Assembly: GCA_019412825.1 (NCBI GenBank)
Contig: DXOL01000057.1
Coordinates: 9,100 to 73,099, forward strand
DNA length: 64,000 nucleotides
Source: Bacteroides thetaiotaomicron
GTDB lineage: Bacteria; Bacteroidota; Bacteroidia; Bacteroidales; Bacteroidaceae
Reading direction: 5' to 3'
The stretch's first letter is position 1. Each line of letters opens with the position of its first letter. The translations under genes were made by a program, and so were the position numbers. Below, one piece after another: positions 54,478 through 64,000 of this stretch. The notes beneath the pieces are model-generated. The model saw only the letters and a list, made by a program, of their open reading frames with translations. It searched no databases and was not told the origin of the DNA.

Positions 54478-55974
54478 ATGAAACAATTTACAAAACTAAT
54501 GGCAATGCTCCTGTTTACAGCAGCCACACAGTACAGTTGCATCAATGATGCAGATGTAGCAATCCCCGACAAAACGCAGTCGGACTCGAACGGCAACGTA
54601 GCCCTGTTCCTTGAAATCCCGAATGTTCCCGCCAGCCGGAGTGCCGAATCATCGGGTGTAACCGAAGAAGGCTCGAAAGAAGAGTATGCGGTAAAAACCC
54701 TTACGGTCTACTTCTTTGACTCGGCCACTAAAACTTTCGTTGAGTCCCAGCCTCTTGAAAACATCACACTGGCAGGGACAAGCGGACAAAAAATACACTA
54801 CACCGCCAACAAAATCACAATGAAACCGGGAACTTACAACGTATTTGCCATCGCCAACGGTGAAGCAATCACAGCGGACATCGCAACACAGGACAAATTC
54901 CTCGGAGCTATCGACAAAGTGACATACAGCGCAGGAAAGATTCCAAGTGTACCCGAGAGAGGATTCGTAATGACCAACCGTGGTGCCGCAAATCTGAATG
55001 TCGAAATAAGCAAGCCCACAGATTCCGACAAAGTAACCGACATTTCCATTAGTCTGGAACGTGTCGTTGCCAAAGTTGAAGTGACACAGACACAAGAGAC
55101 TTTCCCCCTGAAAGACCCGGCCGGAAAGACTTACTGTACGGTCAAACTCAATAACTTCAGAATGCTGAACCTGGCAACCCAGTTCTACACATTCCGCCAT
55201 ACAGCCGTGCTGACCAGCCTTCAGGAACCGGACTCATACACTGATGAGAACTTCGGCAACATCAACGATAACGACGGTTATGTAATAGACCCTTACTTCT
55301 TCAAGAAAACCGTAGAAGGTGCCAAAGACTTCAAGAATGAGGACGGTTTCTTTGCACAGGCACTGGTACAGCTTAACATTGACGACAGCAACTGGGCAGG
55401 CATGGCTCCGGCAAATAGCTGGTCACGCATCTACTGCCTGGAGAACTGTATGTTCCGTCCCGCCCAACTGAATGCCTATACCACGGGAGTGATGTTCAAA
55501 GCAAGTATCGACATTGCCACCGACCGTGTATTCAACGAAAACGGAGAAACAGTAAGCAACCCGTCCAACTGGCCGACCAACCTGTTCTACTTCAACTACA
55601 ACTTCTACACCAGCGTAAATGCAATCAGAAAACTGGTACTCAACAACCTGCCCGGAGACATTACCGACAACTCGACAACAGAAGAGCTTGCCAAATACAG
55701 CATCAAGCGTTTCAAGAAAACCGAAAACTACGCATGCTACTACAACTACTGGATCAAGCATGAAGACAACAACAACGACACCGAAATGGGAGTCATGGAA
55801 TTTGGCATCGTACGCAACAATATATACAGACTGTCAGTCAATAAAGTAGCAGGCCTGGGCAGCGGCGAACCATTTATCGAGCCGGAACAACCGGATGAAT
55901 ACAAAGCAGAACTGAACATCAACATCGATGTTTTTCCGTGGGCCGTACGTAACCAAGATGTAGAACTTGAATAA
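54478..55974 (+). CDS. Mfa1/FimA-type fimbrillin (type V pilus major or stalk subunit) lipoprotein precursor.
   Basis: Lipobox ATQYSCIND. First strand plus Arg (NVALFLEIPNVPASR), as expected for a type V pilin propeptide. C-terminal block GIVRNNIYRLSVNKVAGLGSGEP. Confidence 0.8.
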   Translation: MKQFTKLMAMLLFTAATQYSCINDADVAIPDKTQSDSNGNVALFLEIPNVPASRSAESSGVTEEGSKEEYAVKTLTVYFFDSATKTFVESQPLENITLAGTSGQKIHYTANKITMKPGTYNVFAIANGEAITADIATQDKFLGAIDKVTYSAGKIPSVPERGFVMTNRGAANLNVEISKPTDSDKVTDISISLERVVAKVEVTQTQETFPLKDPAGKTYCTVKLNNFRMLNLATQFYTFRHTAVLTSLQEPDSYTDENFGNINDNDGYVIDPYFFKKTVEGAKDFKNEDGFFAQALVQLNIDDSNWAGMAPANSWSRIYCLENCMFRPAQLNAYTTGVMFKASIDIATDRVFNENGETVSNPSNWPTNLFYFNYNFYTSVNAIRKLVLNNLPGDITDNSTTEELAKYSIKRFKKTENYACYYNYWIKHEDNNNDTEMGVMEFGIVRNNIYRLSVNKVAGLGSGEPFIEPEQPDEYKAELNINIDVFPWAVRNQDVELE

Positions 55975-56006
55975 GTATCGGCCACTTTGAACTAAATTTA
56001 TTACCA

Positions 56007-56987
56007 ATGCGTCCATTTTTACTACATATTATCTGCATCGTCACGCTGTTCTCATCCTGCAACTGGGTGAACGACGATCTGTCAGACTGCCCTACCGGGA
56101 CCTGGTTGAAAATCTCGTATACCTATAATATACTGGATGTGGATGCCGCTTCCTCGCAAGTAGGCGACATCACCATTTTTACTTTCGACAAGAACAACAA
56201 GTATGTGGACAGACTGGACGTAGACAGTATCGCATTACATCAAGGCTACTGTATGGTAAGAGTGCCGTTTCCCGAAGGGAGCTATCATCTGCTCTTGTGG
56301 GGAGGAGCCTCCGACCGTCAATACCGGTTCCCTTATCTCAAAACCGGTCAGACGGAACGGAAATCATTGCTCCTTTCATTGATATGCAACAGTGAAAAAC
56401 AGATGAACGGGAAATTGAACGGCCTCTTCTACGGTAGCCTTGAAAATATAACTATCAGTAATGACTATCAGGTATTGGATGCTCCCTTAGTCAAAAACAC
56501 CAATTATTTCTCATGCATCCTTCAGGATGAAAACAACAACCTGCTGAATAAGGAAGATTTCACTTTCACACTGGAGGCCGCCAATGGTGTGATGGATCAT
56601 ACCAACACTCCGTTGGGGACGGAACCGGTTTACTATCATCCATACCGGCAGGAAGTCAGTATACTCAATGAAGAAGAAATCCCTGTCATTCATGCCCGGT
56701 TGAACACATTGCGCATCATGAAAGGAGATCAGACCACATTGACCATAAAGCATATACCCAGCGGACAGGAAATTCTACGTCTTCCGCTCACCCAGTATCT
56801 ACTGTTATCCAAAATCCACAGTCATACCGGCGATGAGATGGGCGATCAGGAATATCTTGACAGGCAGGATTCATATACCCTTTTATTCTTCATACAGTCA
56901 TCGGATATGGGGATTCCGAAGATATGCCCGAGAATAATGGTAAACGGATGGACTGTACGGCTGAATGATTCAGAACTGGAGTTTTAG
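56007..56987 (+). CDS. FimB/Mfa2-family fimbrial anchor/terminator subunit.
   Basis: Lipobox TLFSSCNW followed by DDLSDCP, which is typical of Mfa2-like proteins. It lies immediately downstream of the fimbrillin gene. Confidence 0.75.
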   Translation: MRPFLLHIICIVTLFSSCNWVNDDLSDCPTGTWLKISYTYNILDVDAASSQVGDITIFTFDKNNKYVDRLDVDSIALHQGYCMVRVPFPEGSYHLLLWGGASDRQYRFPYLKTGQTERKSLLLSLICNSEKQMNGKLNGLFYGSLENITISNDYQVLDAPLVKNTNYFSCILQDENNNLLNKEDFTFTLEAANGVMDHTNTPLGTEPVYYHPYRQEVSILNEEEIPVIHARLNTLRIMKGDQTTLTIKHIPSGQEILRLPLTQYLLLSKIHSHTGDEMGDQEYLDRQDSYTLLFFIQSSDMGIPKICPRIMVNGWTVRLNDSELEF

Positions 56988-57180
56988 GAACACATGACTG
57001 ATTGTATGCGTACGGAATTTAGGTGAGATGTTCTACAGAAAAGGCTACTGTGAAGTATCCGAGTGGTATTTTATACCCTTTATTCGCATGTTTAGTTTCC
57101 CACAACATGCTAAATTTCCTTATAAAACGGCACTTCATTGAAGGACTGTTTTATTAATTGTTTGTTTTGTTTGTGTTGGT

Positions 57181-57212
57181 GCACCCGTCCAAGCGAGGAT
57201 GGGTGCGCTTTT
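57181..57212 (+). terminator. Hairpin plus T run downstream of the pilus operon.
   Basis: GCACCCGTCC-AAGCGA-GGATGGGTGC followed by GCTTTT. Confidence 0.5.
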
Positions 57213-57592
57213 ACTCGTCCAATAAAAGACTATCATTTGCATACATGAAACAGAAGGTGCAAATGATACGCTTGTTTATATCCGTACATCTATAAACACT
57301 TTACTGTTTCTCATAGTTCACGACCATACTCCATTAATCGCTAAAACAATCATCCGATTATAAGAAAAGTTGCAAATACATCGTTTTTTCAAAATCAATA
57401 TAACAATGAGAATGGAAGTCCATAAAGTCCTTTATATATAATAAGGTGTAAATATAGCGTATTATCGATAGCCTTACAGACAGTGATATTTTTTTCGACA
57501 AACCGTAATCTCATATTTTGCTGAAAATCAAGCACTATAACCCCACCCCACAGAAAAAAAGAGAAAAAACTACATATTTTTTTCGTGAATTG

Positions 57593-57623
57593 TTTGTCAG
57601 TTTCAAAAAAGTTCCTACCTTTG
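57593..57623 (+). promoter_or_regulatory. Consensus Bacteroides promoter (TTTG, 19-bp spacer, TACCTTTG) for tRNA-Glu and rpsT.
   Basis: TTTG at 57593..57596, a 19-bp spacer, and TACCTTTG at 57616..57623. The tRNA starts 65 bp downstream. Confidence 0.65.
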
Positions 57624-57687
57624 CATCCGCAATCGAGAAACAAACACTGATTCGAGAGAGCAAAAAGCAGAAATGCAACAACAGGAT

Positions 57688-57759
57688 GGCCCGTTCGTCT
57701 ATCGGTTAGGACGCAAGATTTTCATTCTTGAAAGGGGGGTTCGATTCCCCCACGGGCTA
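57688..57759 (+). tRNA. tRNA-Glu (anticodon UUC); CCA is not encoded.
   Basis: Hand-folded cloverleaf. Acceptor GGCCCGT/ACGGGCT, D stem GTCT/GGAC, anticodon stem CAAGA/TCTTG with loop TTTTCAT, 4-nt variable loop, T arm GGGGG-TTCGATT-CCCCC, discriminator A. Confidence 0.88.
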
Positions 57760-57801
57760 CAAATAAAAAGAATAAAGAACTAAAAAAATAGATTAGTCGA
57801 A

Positions 57802-58056
57802 ATGGCAAATCACAAATCATCACTGAAGAGAATCAGACAAGAAGAGACAAGAAGACTTCATAACAGATATTATGGTAAGACCATGAGAAATGCTGTTAGA
57901 AAACTTCGTGCAACTACTGACAAAACAGAAGCTGTTGCAATGTATCCTGGCATCACTAAGATGTTGGATAAGTTAGCTAAAACAAATGTTATTCATAAGA
58001 ATAAGGCTAACAATCTGAAATCTAAGCTGGCTCTTTACATCAATAAGCTCGCTTAA
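57802..58056 (+). CDS. rpsT: 30S ribosomal protein S20.
   Basis: 84 aa. [13 protein letters not shown]... is typical of S20. Confidence 0.95.
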   Translation: MANHKSSLKRIRQEETRRLHNRYYGKTMRNAVRKLRATTDKTEAVAMYPGITKMLDKLAKTNVIHKNKANNLKSKLALYINKLA

Positions 58057-58088
58057 TAATAGAAAAATAACAATTCTATATAGCATTT

Positions 58089-58120
58089 AGGCTGAACTTT
58101 AAAGTTCGGCCTTTTGTGTT
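58089..58120 (+). terminator. rpsT terminator.
   Basis: AGGCTGAACTTT pairs with AAAGTTCGGCCT (one G-U pair), followed by TTTGTGTTT. Confidence 0.65.
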
Positions 58121-58218
58121 TATAAATCATTGAATATCAGACCGCTTTCCCATTCACTAATTCCGCTTTTATTCTGCATTTTTCACCTCCGAAACTTCGC
58201 CAACTCGACAATTTTCAC

Positions 58219-58226
58219 TATATTTG
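58219..58226 (+). promoter_or_regulatory. Bacteroides-type -7 box (TATATTTG) upstream of gyrB.
   Basis: Exact match to TAnnTTTG, 30 bp upstream of the ATG at 58256. Confidence 0.45.
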
Positions 58227-58240
58227 CTCTGTTATTATAA

Positions 58241-60217
<1,977 letters not shown>

Positions 60218-60265
60218 TTTTAATATTACGTTTTTATAAACCAACCTCACATCTTACAACGAAGA

Positions 60266-60308
60266 AGCGTCGGCAAACGAAGGAAAATCCTCCGTGCCGG
60301 CGCTTTTC
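60266..60308 (+). terminator. gyrB terminator.
   Basis: AGCGTCGGCA (60266..60275) pairs 9/10 with TGCCGGCGCT (60295..60304), followed by TTTC. Confidence 0.5.
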
Positions 60309-60386
60309 TATGTCTTAATAAAACCTAACAATTAAATCGATTTCCGACCAAAATCACTATCTTGCCGAAAATGAAGGAGGACACTT

Positions 60387-60587
60387 ATGAAAACGACTAC
60401 CCCAAATCCTGTATTTGCCAAGATCAGGCTCTATCTCAGAATTCTGGCATCCTGTGTGATTGTCACTTGCCTGTTCCTGATTATTATCCATCCGGAAGCA
60501 TGGATTACCCCGGCTTGCATTATCGTAGCTATGATCTGCCTGTTATTTCTTCTGATACGAGCCAAACGCAAAGAGTCGAGGAAATGA
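60387..60587 (+). CDS. Possible small membrane protein with two TM segments.
   Basis: 66-aa ORF with two hydrophobic helices (ILASCVIVTCLFLIII and ACIIVAMICLLFLLI) and a basic tail. No homology was recognised. Confidence 0.4.
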   Translation: MKTTTPNPVFAKIRLYLRILASCVIVTCLFLIIIHPEAWITPACIIVAMICLLFLLIRAKRKESRK

Positions 60588-60595
60588 GAGAAATA

Positions 60596-61195
60596 TCAGA
60601 TCATATCATGCGCCTTTAATTCCTTCACTGCGACTTCCAGTTCCTGATACCACTTCTCACCGAATTTACGGATCAGAGGTTCTTTCAAGAATTGGTAGAC
60701 AGCCACGTTTTCTTTTTTCCCCAGCAACACAGCCGCTTTACACACATCCCAACGATGATAGTTCACCGCCTTATAAGGTCCGTAATCTCCAATCCGGATG
60801 GGATAGAGATGGCATGATACCGGTTTGTAAAAGTCCGTCTTGCTATCCCGATAAGCCTTTTCGATGGCACAGTAACAACATCCTTTCTCGTCATAGCAAG
60901 TAAAGACGCAATCCTTATTATTAACAATAGAAGTCACCAGATCACCTTCCTGATCCGTGTATACCACTCCTTGCTTCTCAATGACAGCACGCGCTTCCGG
61001 CGACAGATCTTCCCATATTATCGGCAGAACCTCTTCCAGCTTTTCCACTTCATCCATCTCCACAGGCGCCCCTGCATCCCCTTCAATGCAACATTCACCC
61101 TTGCAGGCGTCCAGATTACAAAGGAACTTTTCCCGAAGGACATCGAAGCTCACTACTACATCTTCTATCTGAATCATAAAACTTATGTGAGACAA
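60596..61195 (-). CDS. DUF3109-family Cys-rich protein.
   Basis: 199 aa. N-terminal block FLCNLDACKGECCIEGDAGAPV and further Cys clusters (CVFTCYDEKGCCYCAIE), as I recall for DUF3109. Confidence 0.75.
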   Translation of the reverse strand: MSHISFMIQIEDVVVSFDVLREKFLCNLDACKGECCIEGDAGAPVEMDEVEKLEEVLPIIWEDLSPEARAVIEKQGVVYTDQEGDLVTSIVNNKDCVFTCYDEKGCCYCAIEKAYRDSKTDFYKPVSCHLYPIRIGDYGPYKAVNYHRWDVCKAAVLLGKKENVAVYQFLKEPLIRKFGEKWYQELEVAVKELKAHDMI

Positions 61196-61226
61196 AAAGG
61201 GCGGAGTATACCCCCGCCCCTTTGGT
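61194..61226 (-). terminator. gpmI terminator.
   Basis: The minus strand reads GGGGCGGGGGTATACTCCGCCC followed by TTTTT, directly after the gpmI stop. Confidence 0.6.
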
Positions 61227-61240
61227 TATAGCATTCTAAA

Positions 61241-62755
61241 TTACTTAATCAAAATCTGACCGTTCATATCAGCCGGAGCTTCCAGCCCCATGATTTTCAG
61301 GATAGTCGGAGCCACATCAGCCAGGCGACCGTCTTCTACTTTCGCAGCTTTGTTTCCGGTTACGTAAACACAAGGAACCGGATTCAGAGAGTGAGCCGTA
61401 TTCGGAGTGCCGTCTTCGTTCAAGGCACGGTCAGCATTACCGTGGTCGGCGATGATGATAGCTTCGTAATCCTGTGCCTTAGCAGCTTCGATTACGTCTT
61501 TCACGCAAGCGTCTACAGCCACAACAGCCTTCTCGATTGCTTCGTAGATACCGGTATGGCCTACCATGTCACCGTTAGCGAAGTTCACCACGATGAAATC
61601 ATATTTATTTTCGTTGATGGCATCTACCAGCTTATCCTTCACTTCGTAGGCACTCATTTCCGGTTTCAGGTCGTAAGTAGCTACTTTCGGAGATGGAACG
61701 AGGATACGGTCTTCTTTGTCGAACGGAGTTTCACGACCGCCGTTGAAGAAGAAAGTAACGTGAGCATATTTCTCTGTTTCAGCGATATGGAGCTGGCTCA
61801 GTCCCTTGGAAGCGATGTATTCGCCCAGTGTGTTGGCAACGTTTTCCTTGTCGAATAGGATATGAACACCTTTGAAGGATGCATCATACGGAGTCATGCA
61901 GTAATATTGCAATCCCGGAATCGTATGCATACCTGCTTCCGGCATATCTTGCTGAGTCAGTACGACAGTCAGTTCTTTGGCACGGTCGTTACGATAGTTG
62001 AAGAAGATAACGACATCACCTTCTTTGATAGTACCGTCGCAGTTGGCGTTTACAATCGGCTTGATAAATTCGTCCGTTACACCTTCATCGTAAGATTCCT
62101 GCATTGCCTGAACCATATCAGTAGCTTTCTTGCCCTGGCCGTTTACCAGCAGGTCATAGGCTTCCTTTACACGTTCCCAACGCTTGTCACGGTCCATAGC
62201 ATAATAACGACCGATGATAGAAGCGATCTTGCCTGCCGATTTCTCGCAGTGTGCAGAAAGTTCTGCGATAAATCCCTTGCCGCTCTTCGGGTCAGTGTCA
62301 CGACCGTCCATGAAGCAGTGGATGAATGTATTGTCGATGCCGTATTCTTTGGCGATGTCGCAAAGTTTGAAAAGATGAACCATCGAGCTGTGTACACCAC
62401 CATTAGAAGTCAGTCCCATGAAATGAACGCTCTTTCCGTTTTCTTTCGCGTAAGAGAAAGCAGAAACGATTTCGGGGTTCTGCAGGATGCTGTTGTCAGC
62501 ACATGCGCGGTTGATTTTCACCAAATCCTGATAAACCACACGTCCGGCACCAATGTTGAGGTGACCTACTTCCGAGTTACCCATCTGTCCGTCGGGCAAA
62601 CCTACGTTCTCACCACTTGCCTGAAGTTGGGAATGAGGATAATTGTTCATCAGATAATCCCAGTAAGGAGTGGGAGTGTTGAAGATTACGTCGTCTTTCT
62701 TTTGGTCGCCTAGTCCCCAACCATCGAGGATCATTAAAAGGGCTTTCTTACTCAT
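61241..62755 (-). CDS. gpmI: 2,3-bisphosphoglycerate-independent phosphoglycerate mutase.
   Basis: Motifs [28 protein letters not shown]. Length 504 aa. Confidence 0.96.
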   Translation of the reverse strand: MSKKALLMILDGWGLGDQKKDDVIFNTPTPYWDYLMNNYPHSQLQASGENVGLPDGQMGNSEVGHLNIGAGRVVYQDLVKINRACADNSILQNPEIVSAFSYAKENGKSVHFMGLTSNGGVHSSMVHLFKLCDIAKEYGIDNTFIHCFMDGRDTDPKSGKGFIAELSAHCEKSAGKIASIIGRYYAMDRDKRWERVKEAYDLLVNGQGKKATDMVQAMQESYDEGVTDEFIKPIVNANCDGTIKEGDVVIFFNYRNDRAKELTVVLTQQDMPEAGMHTIPGLQYYCMTPYDASFKGVHILFDKENVANTLGEYIASKGLSQLHIAETEKYAHVTFFFNGGRETPFDKEDRILVPSPKVATYDLKPEMSAYEVKDKLVDAINENKYDFIVVNFANGDMVGHTGIYEAIEKAVVAVDACVKDVIEAAKAQDYEAIIIADHGNADRALNEDGTPNTAHSLNPVPCVYVTGNKAAKVEDGRLADVAPTILKIMGLEAPADMNGQILIK

Positions 62756-62929
62756 AATATTTCAATATTTAAATTATCACTCTGATTTTCGGGTGCAAAG
62801 GTACAAAAAAGATGATTACGTAAACGTTTAATCTATGTTAAGTTAAAGGGGAAAAAGAGAGGGAGCGATGGATATTTTTCTTTCTTTGTAAAGGGAACTA
62901 CTAAACACATTTATTCAAAATTTAATATT

Positions 62930-64000
62930 ATGAAAACGATTCTACTCTGCATGATGCTCATGCTGTCGGGTATGCTCACAGCACAAACCGTCGACAATCC
63001 GCCATTCAAAGCCCGTTCGGGAAGTATTGGTAACATCACCCGTATAGAACGCACGCCCGATGGCACGCGTGTTTATATTCACGCCATCTTCCGGCCGCAC
63101 TGGTGGATAAAGGAAGAAGGAGACAGTTATCTGGAAGATGCAGCCACCGGCAAGAAATATCAGTTCAAGAGTGCGGAAGGCATTGAGCTCAATAAAGAAG
63201 TGTATATGCCCGATTCGGGCGAGATGGACTATGTGCTCGTTTTCGAAGCCCTGCCGGAAGAGACGCAGGTCATCCATCTCCTCAGTCCCAGCGACACGGA
63301 AGGAAATACGTATGACATATCCTTAGTACCGTCCTCCGACAAAAACGTTTCGCCGTTGACGGCAATCAAGGGAAACTGGTTCAAGGCAGATGATTTAAAC
63401 ACCTGGGAATACGGCATCTACGATTCTGTCACGATTATGGACAACCGGATATTTACCAACGAAAACATCCGTAAGAAAGGGAAACGGGTGGAAATCACCG
63501 TTAAGGACAAGCAGAATGGAGATATACGTACCCTGCTGGTGACTCCGCAGAAAGACGGAAGCTGCCAGATACAAGTGAACGGAGAAAAGAATCAGCTGTA
63601 TACCCGGCAAAGGGGAACTACAAAGACAATCGCTGCCGACACAGGCTTTCAGCAGTTCTTCCACACAGATACCACCTGTCTGCAAGGGTATATCGACGGC
63701 TATGACCGCCGGCTGGGATTTGACACCGGACTCATCTATCTATCCAACCATATCACCCGTCAGGACTACCCGACTGTGATTCAGATAGACGAAGACGGCA
63801 GCTTCCTGTGCAAGTTCGTCATCAAGCATCCTGTGGAACAGTCCGTTACGCTTGACAACAACTGGATTCCATTCTATATCGAGCCCGGACAGACGCTTAC
63901 CATGTATATCGACTGGGAAGCATTGCTGGCCCGCAGCCGTGCACGCGACTATTATTTCCCAATCAAGAATACAGCTTACATGGGCCCGTCGGCTTCCCTC
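62930..64000 (+). CDS. Secreted protein of unknown function, 3' end cut by the window edge.
   Basis: I translated by hand from the ATG at 62930 (MKTILLCMMLMLSGMLTAQ...). The frame stays open for 357 codons to the window end. It is absent from the ORF track, presumably because no stop lies in the window. Confidence 0.7.
   Translation, partial: MKTILLCMMLMLSGMLTAQTVDNPPFKARSGSIGNITRIERTPDGTRVYIHAIFRPHWWIKEEGDSYLEDAATGKKYQFKSAEGIELNKEVYMPDSGEMDYVLVFEALPEETQVIHLLSPSDTEGNTYDISLVPSSDKNVSPLTAIKGNWFKADDLNTWEYGIYDSVTIMDNRIFTNENIRKKGKRVEITVKDKQNGDIRTLLVTPQKDGSCQIQVNGEKNQLYTRQRGTTKTIAADTGFQQFFHTDTTCLQGYIDGYDRRLGFDTGLIYLSNHITRQDYPTVIQIDEDGSFLCKFVIKHPVEQSVTLDNNWIPFYIEPGQTLTMYIDWEALLARSRARDYYFPIKNTAYMGPSASL

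Noticed and set aside
57395-57709. ORFs 57395..57643(-) and 57518..57709(+).
   Set aside because: They overlap the consensus tRNA/rpsT promoter and the 5' part of tRNA-Glu, and they are low-complexity. I treat them as non-coding.
49155-57759. The integrase plus pilus genes as an integrated mobile element targeting tRNA-Glu.
   Set aside because: The recombinase lies at the end distal to the tRNA, and the element would abut the tRNA 5' side. I saw no direct repeat of the tRNA 3' end and no mobilisation, replication or excision genes. The perfect inverted repeats right next to the recombinase fit an invertase role better.
60362-60619. ORF 60362..60619(+), 85 aa, overlapping the small membrane ORF.
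   Set aside because: It has no hydrophobic or other pattern and runs into the convergent DUF3109 gene. The 60387..60587 frame, with two clear TM helices, is the better (still tentative) candidate.

Overview
This is a chromosomal segment from a Bacteroides-type (Bacteroidales) genome. The assignment rests on the gene content, the lipoprotein-rich secretome, a hybrid two-component regulator, type V pilus genes and repeated matches to the Bacteroides promoter consensus TTTG / TAnnTTTG.

Layout:
1. 1-11.9 kb is a fragment of a polysaccharide-utilisation region. It holds two tandem paralogous large glycoside hydrolases, a divergent GH43-like gene and a hybrid two-component sensor/AraC regulator. 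No SusC/SusD pair lies in the window.
2. 12-20 kb is housekeeping: an EnvC-like LytM protein, a small lipoprotein, a TPR lipoprotein, dut, a dGTPase, a GlsB/GlsA-like N-acyl amino-acid lipid gene pair and a sigma-70/ECF-type sigma factor.
3. 20.6-37.0 kb is a complete, colinear dcw cluster (mraZ-rsmH-ftsL-ftsI-murE-mraY-murD-ftsW-murG-murC-ftsQ-ftsA-ftsZ) followed by yqeY. Several unusual intergenic repeats and hairpins sit inside and upstream of it.
4. 37.1-48.3 kb is an accessory region. By eye it is AT-richer than its flanks (not computed), especially 37.6-44.2 kb. It encodes a membrane-anchored TPR/LuxR-type regulator and a secreted-protease operon: a DUF3244-like protein, a C10 cysteine peptidase with a coupled small lipoprotein, and an astacin-type metallopeptidase with a coupled small lipoprotein. 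It also carries a PagL-like outer-membrane acyl hydrolase with a coupled lipoprotein, and an AAA-ATPase-like/PD-(D/E)XK protein.
5. recO follows at 48.3-49.0 kb.
6. 49.1-57.2 kb holds a tyrosine recombinase, then a 246-bp segment flanked by perfect 22-bp inverted repeats, which I read as a candidate invertible promoter in the OFF orientation. Next comes a type V (Mfa-like) pilus operon with duplicated DUF3575/DUF3868-OmpA modules.
7. 57.6-64 kb is housekeeping: tRNA-Glu, rpsT, gyrB, a DUF3109 protein, gpmI and a 3'-truncated secreted protein.

The items most worth follow-up are the recombinase/inverton/pilus module with its uncharacterised outer-membrane genes, the two-protease island with its candidate cognate small lipoproteins and ToxR-like regulator, and the palindromic tandem repeats upstream of mraZ. 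All family assignments come from motif recognition by eye. No searches or computations were run.
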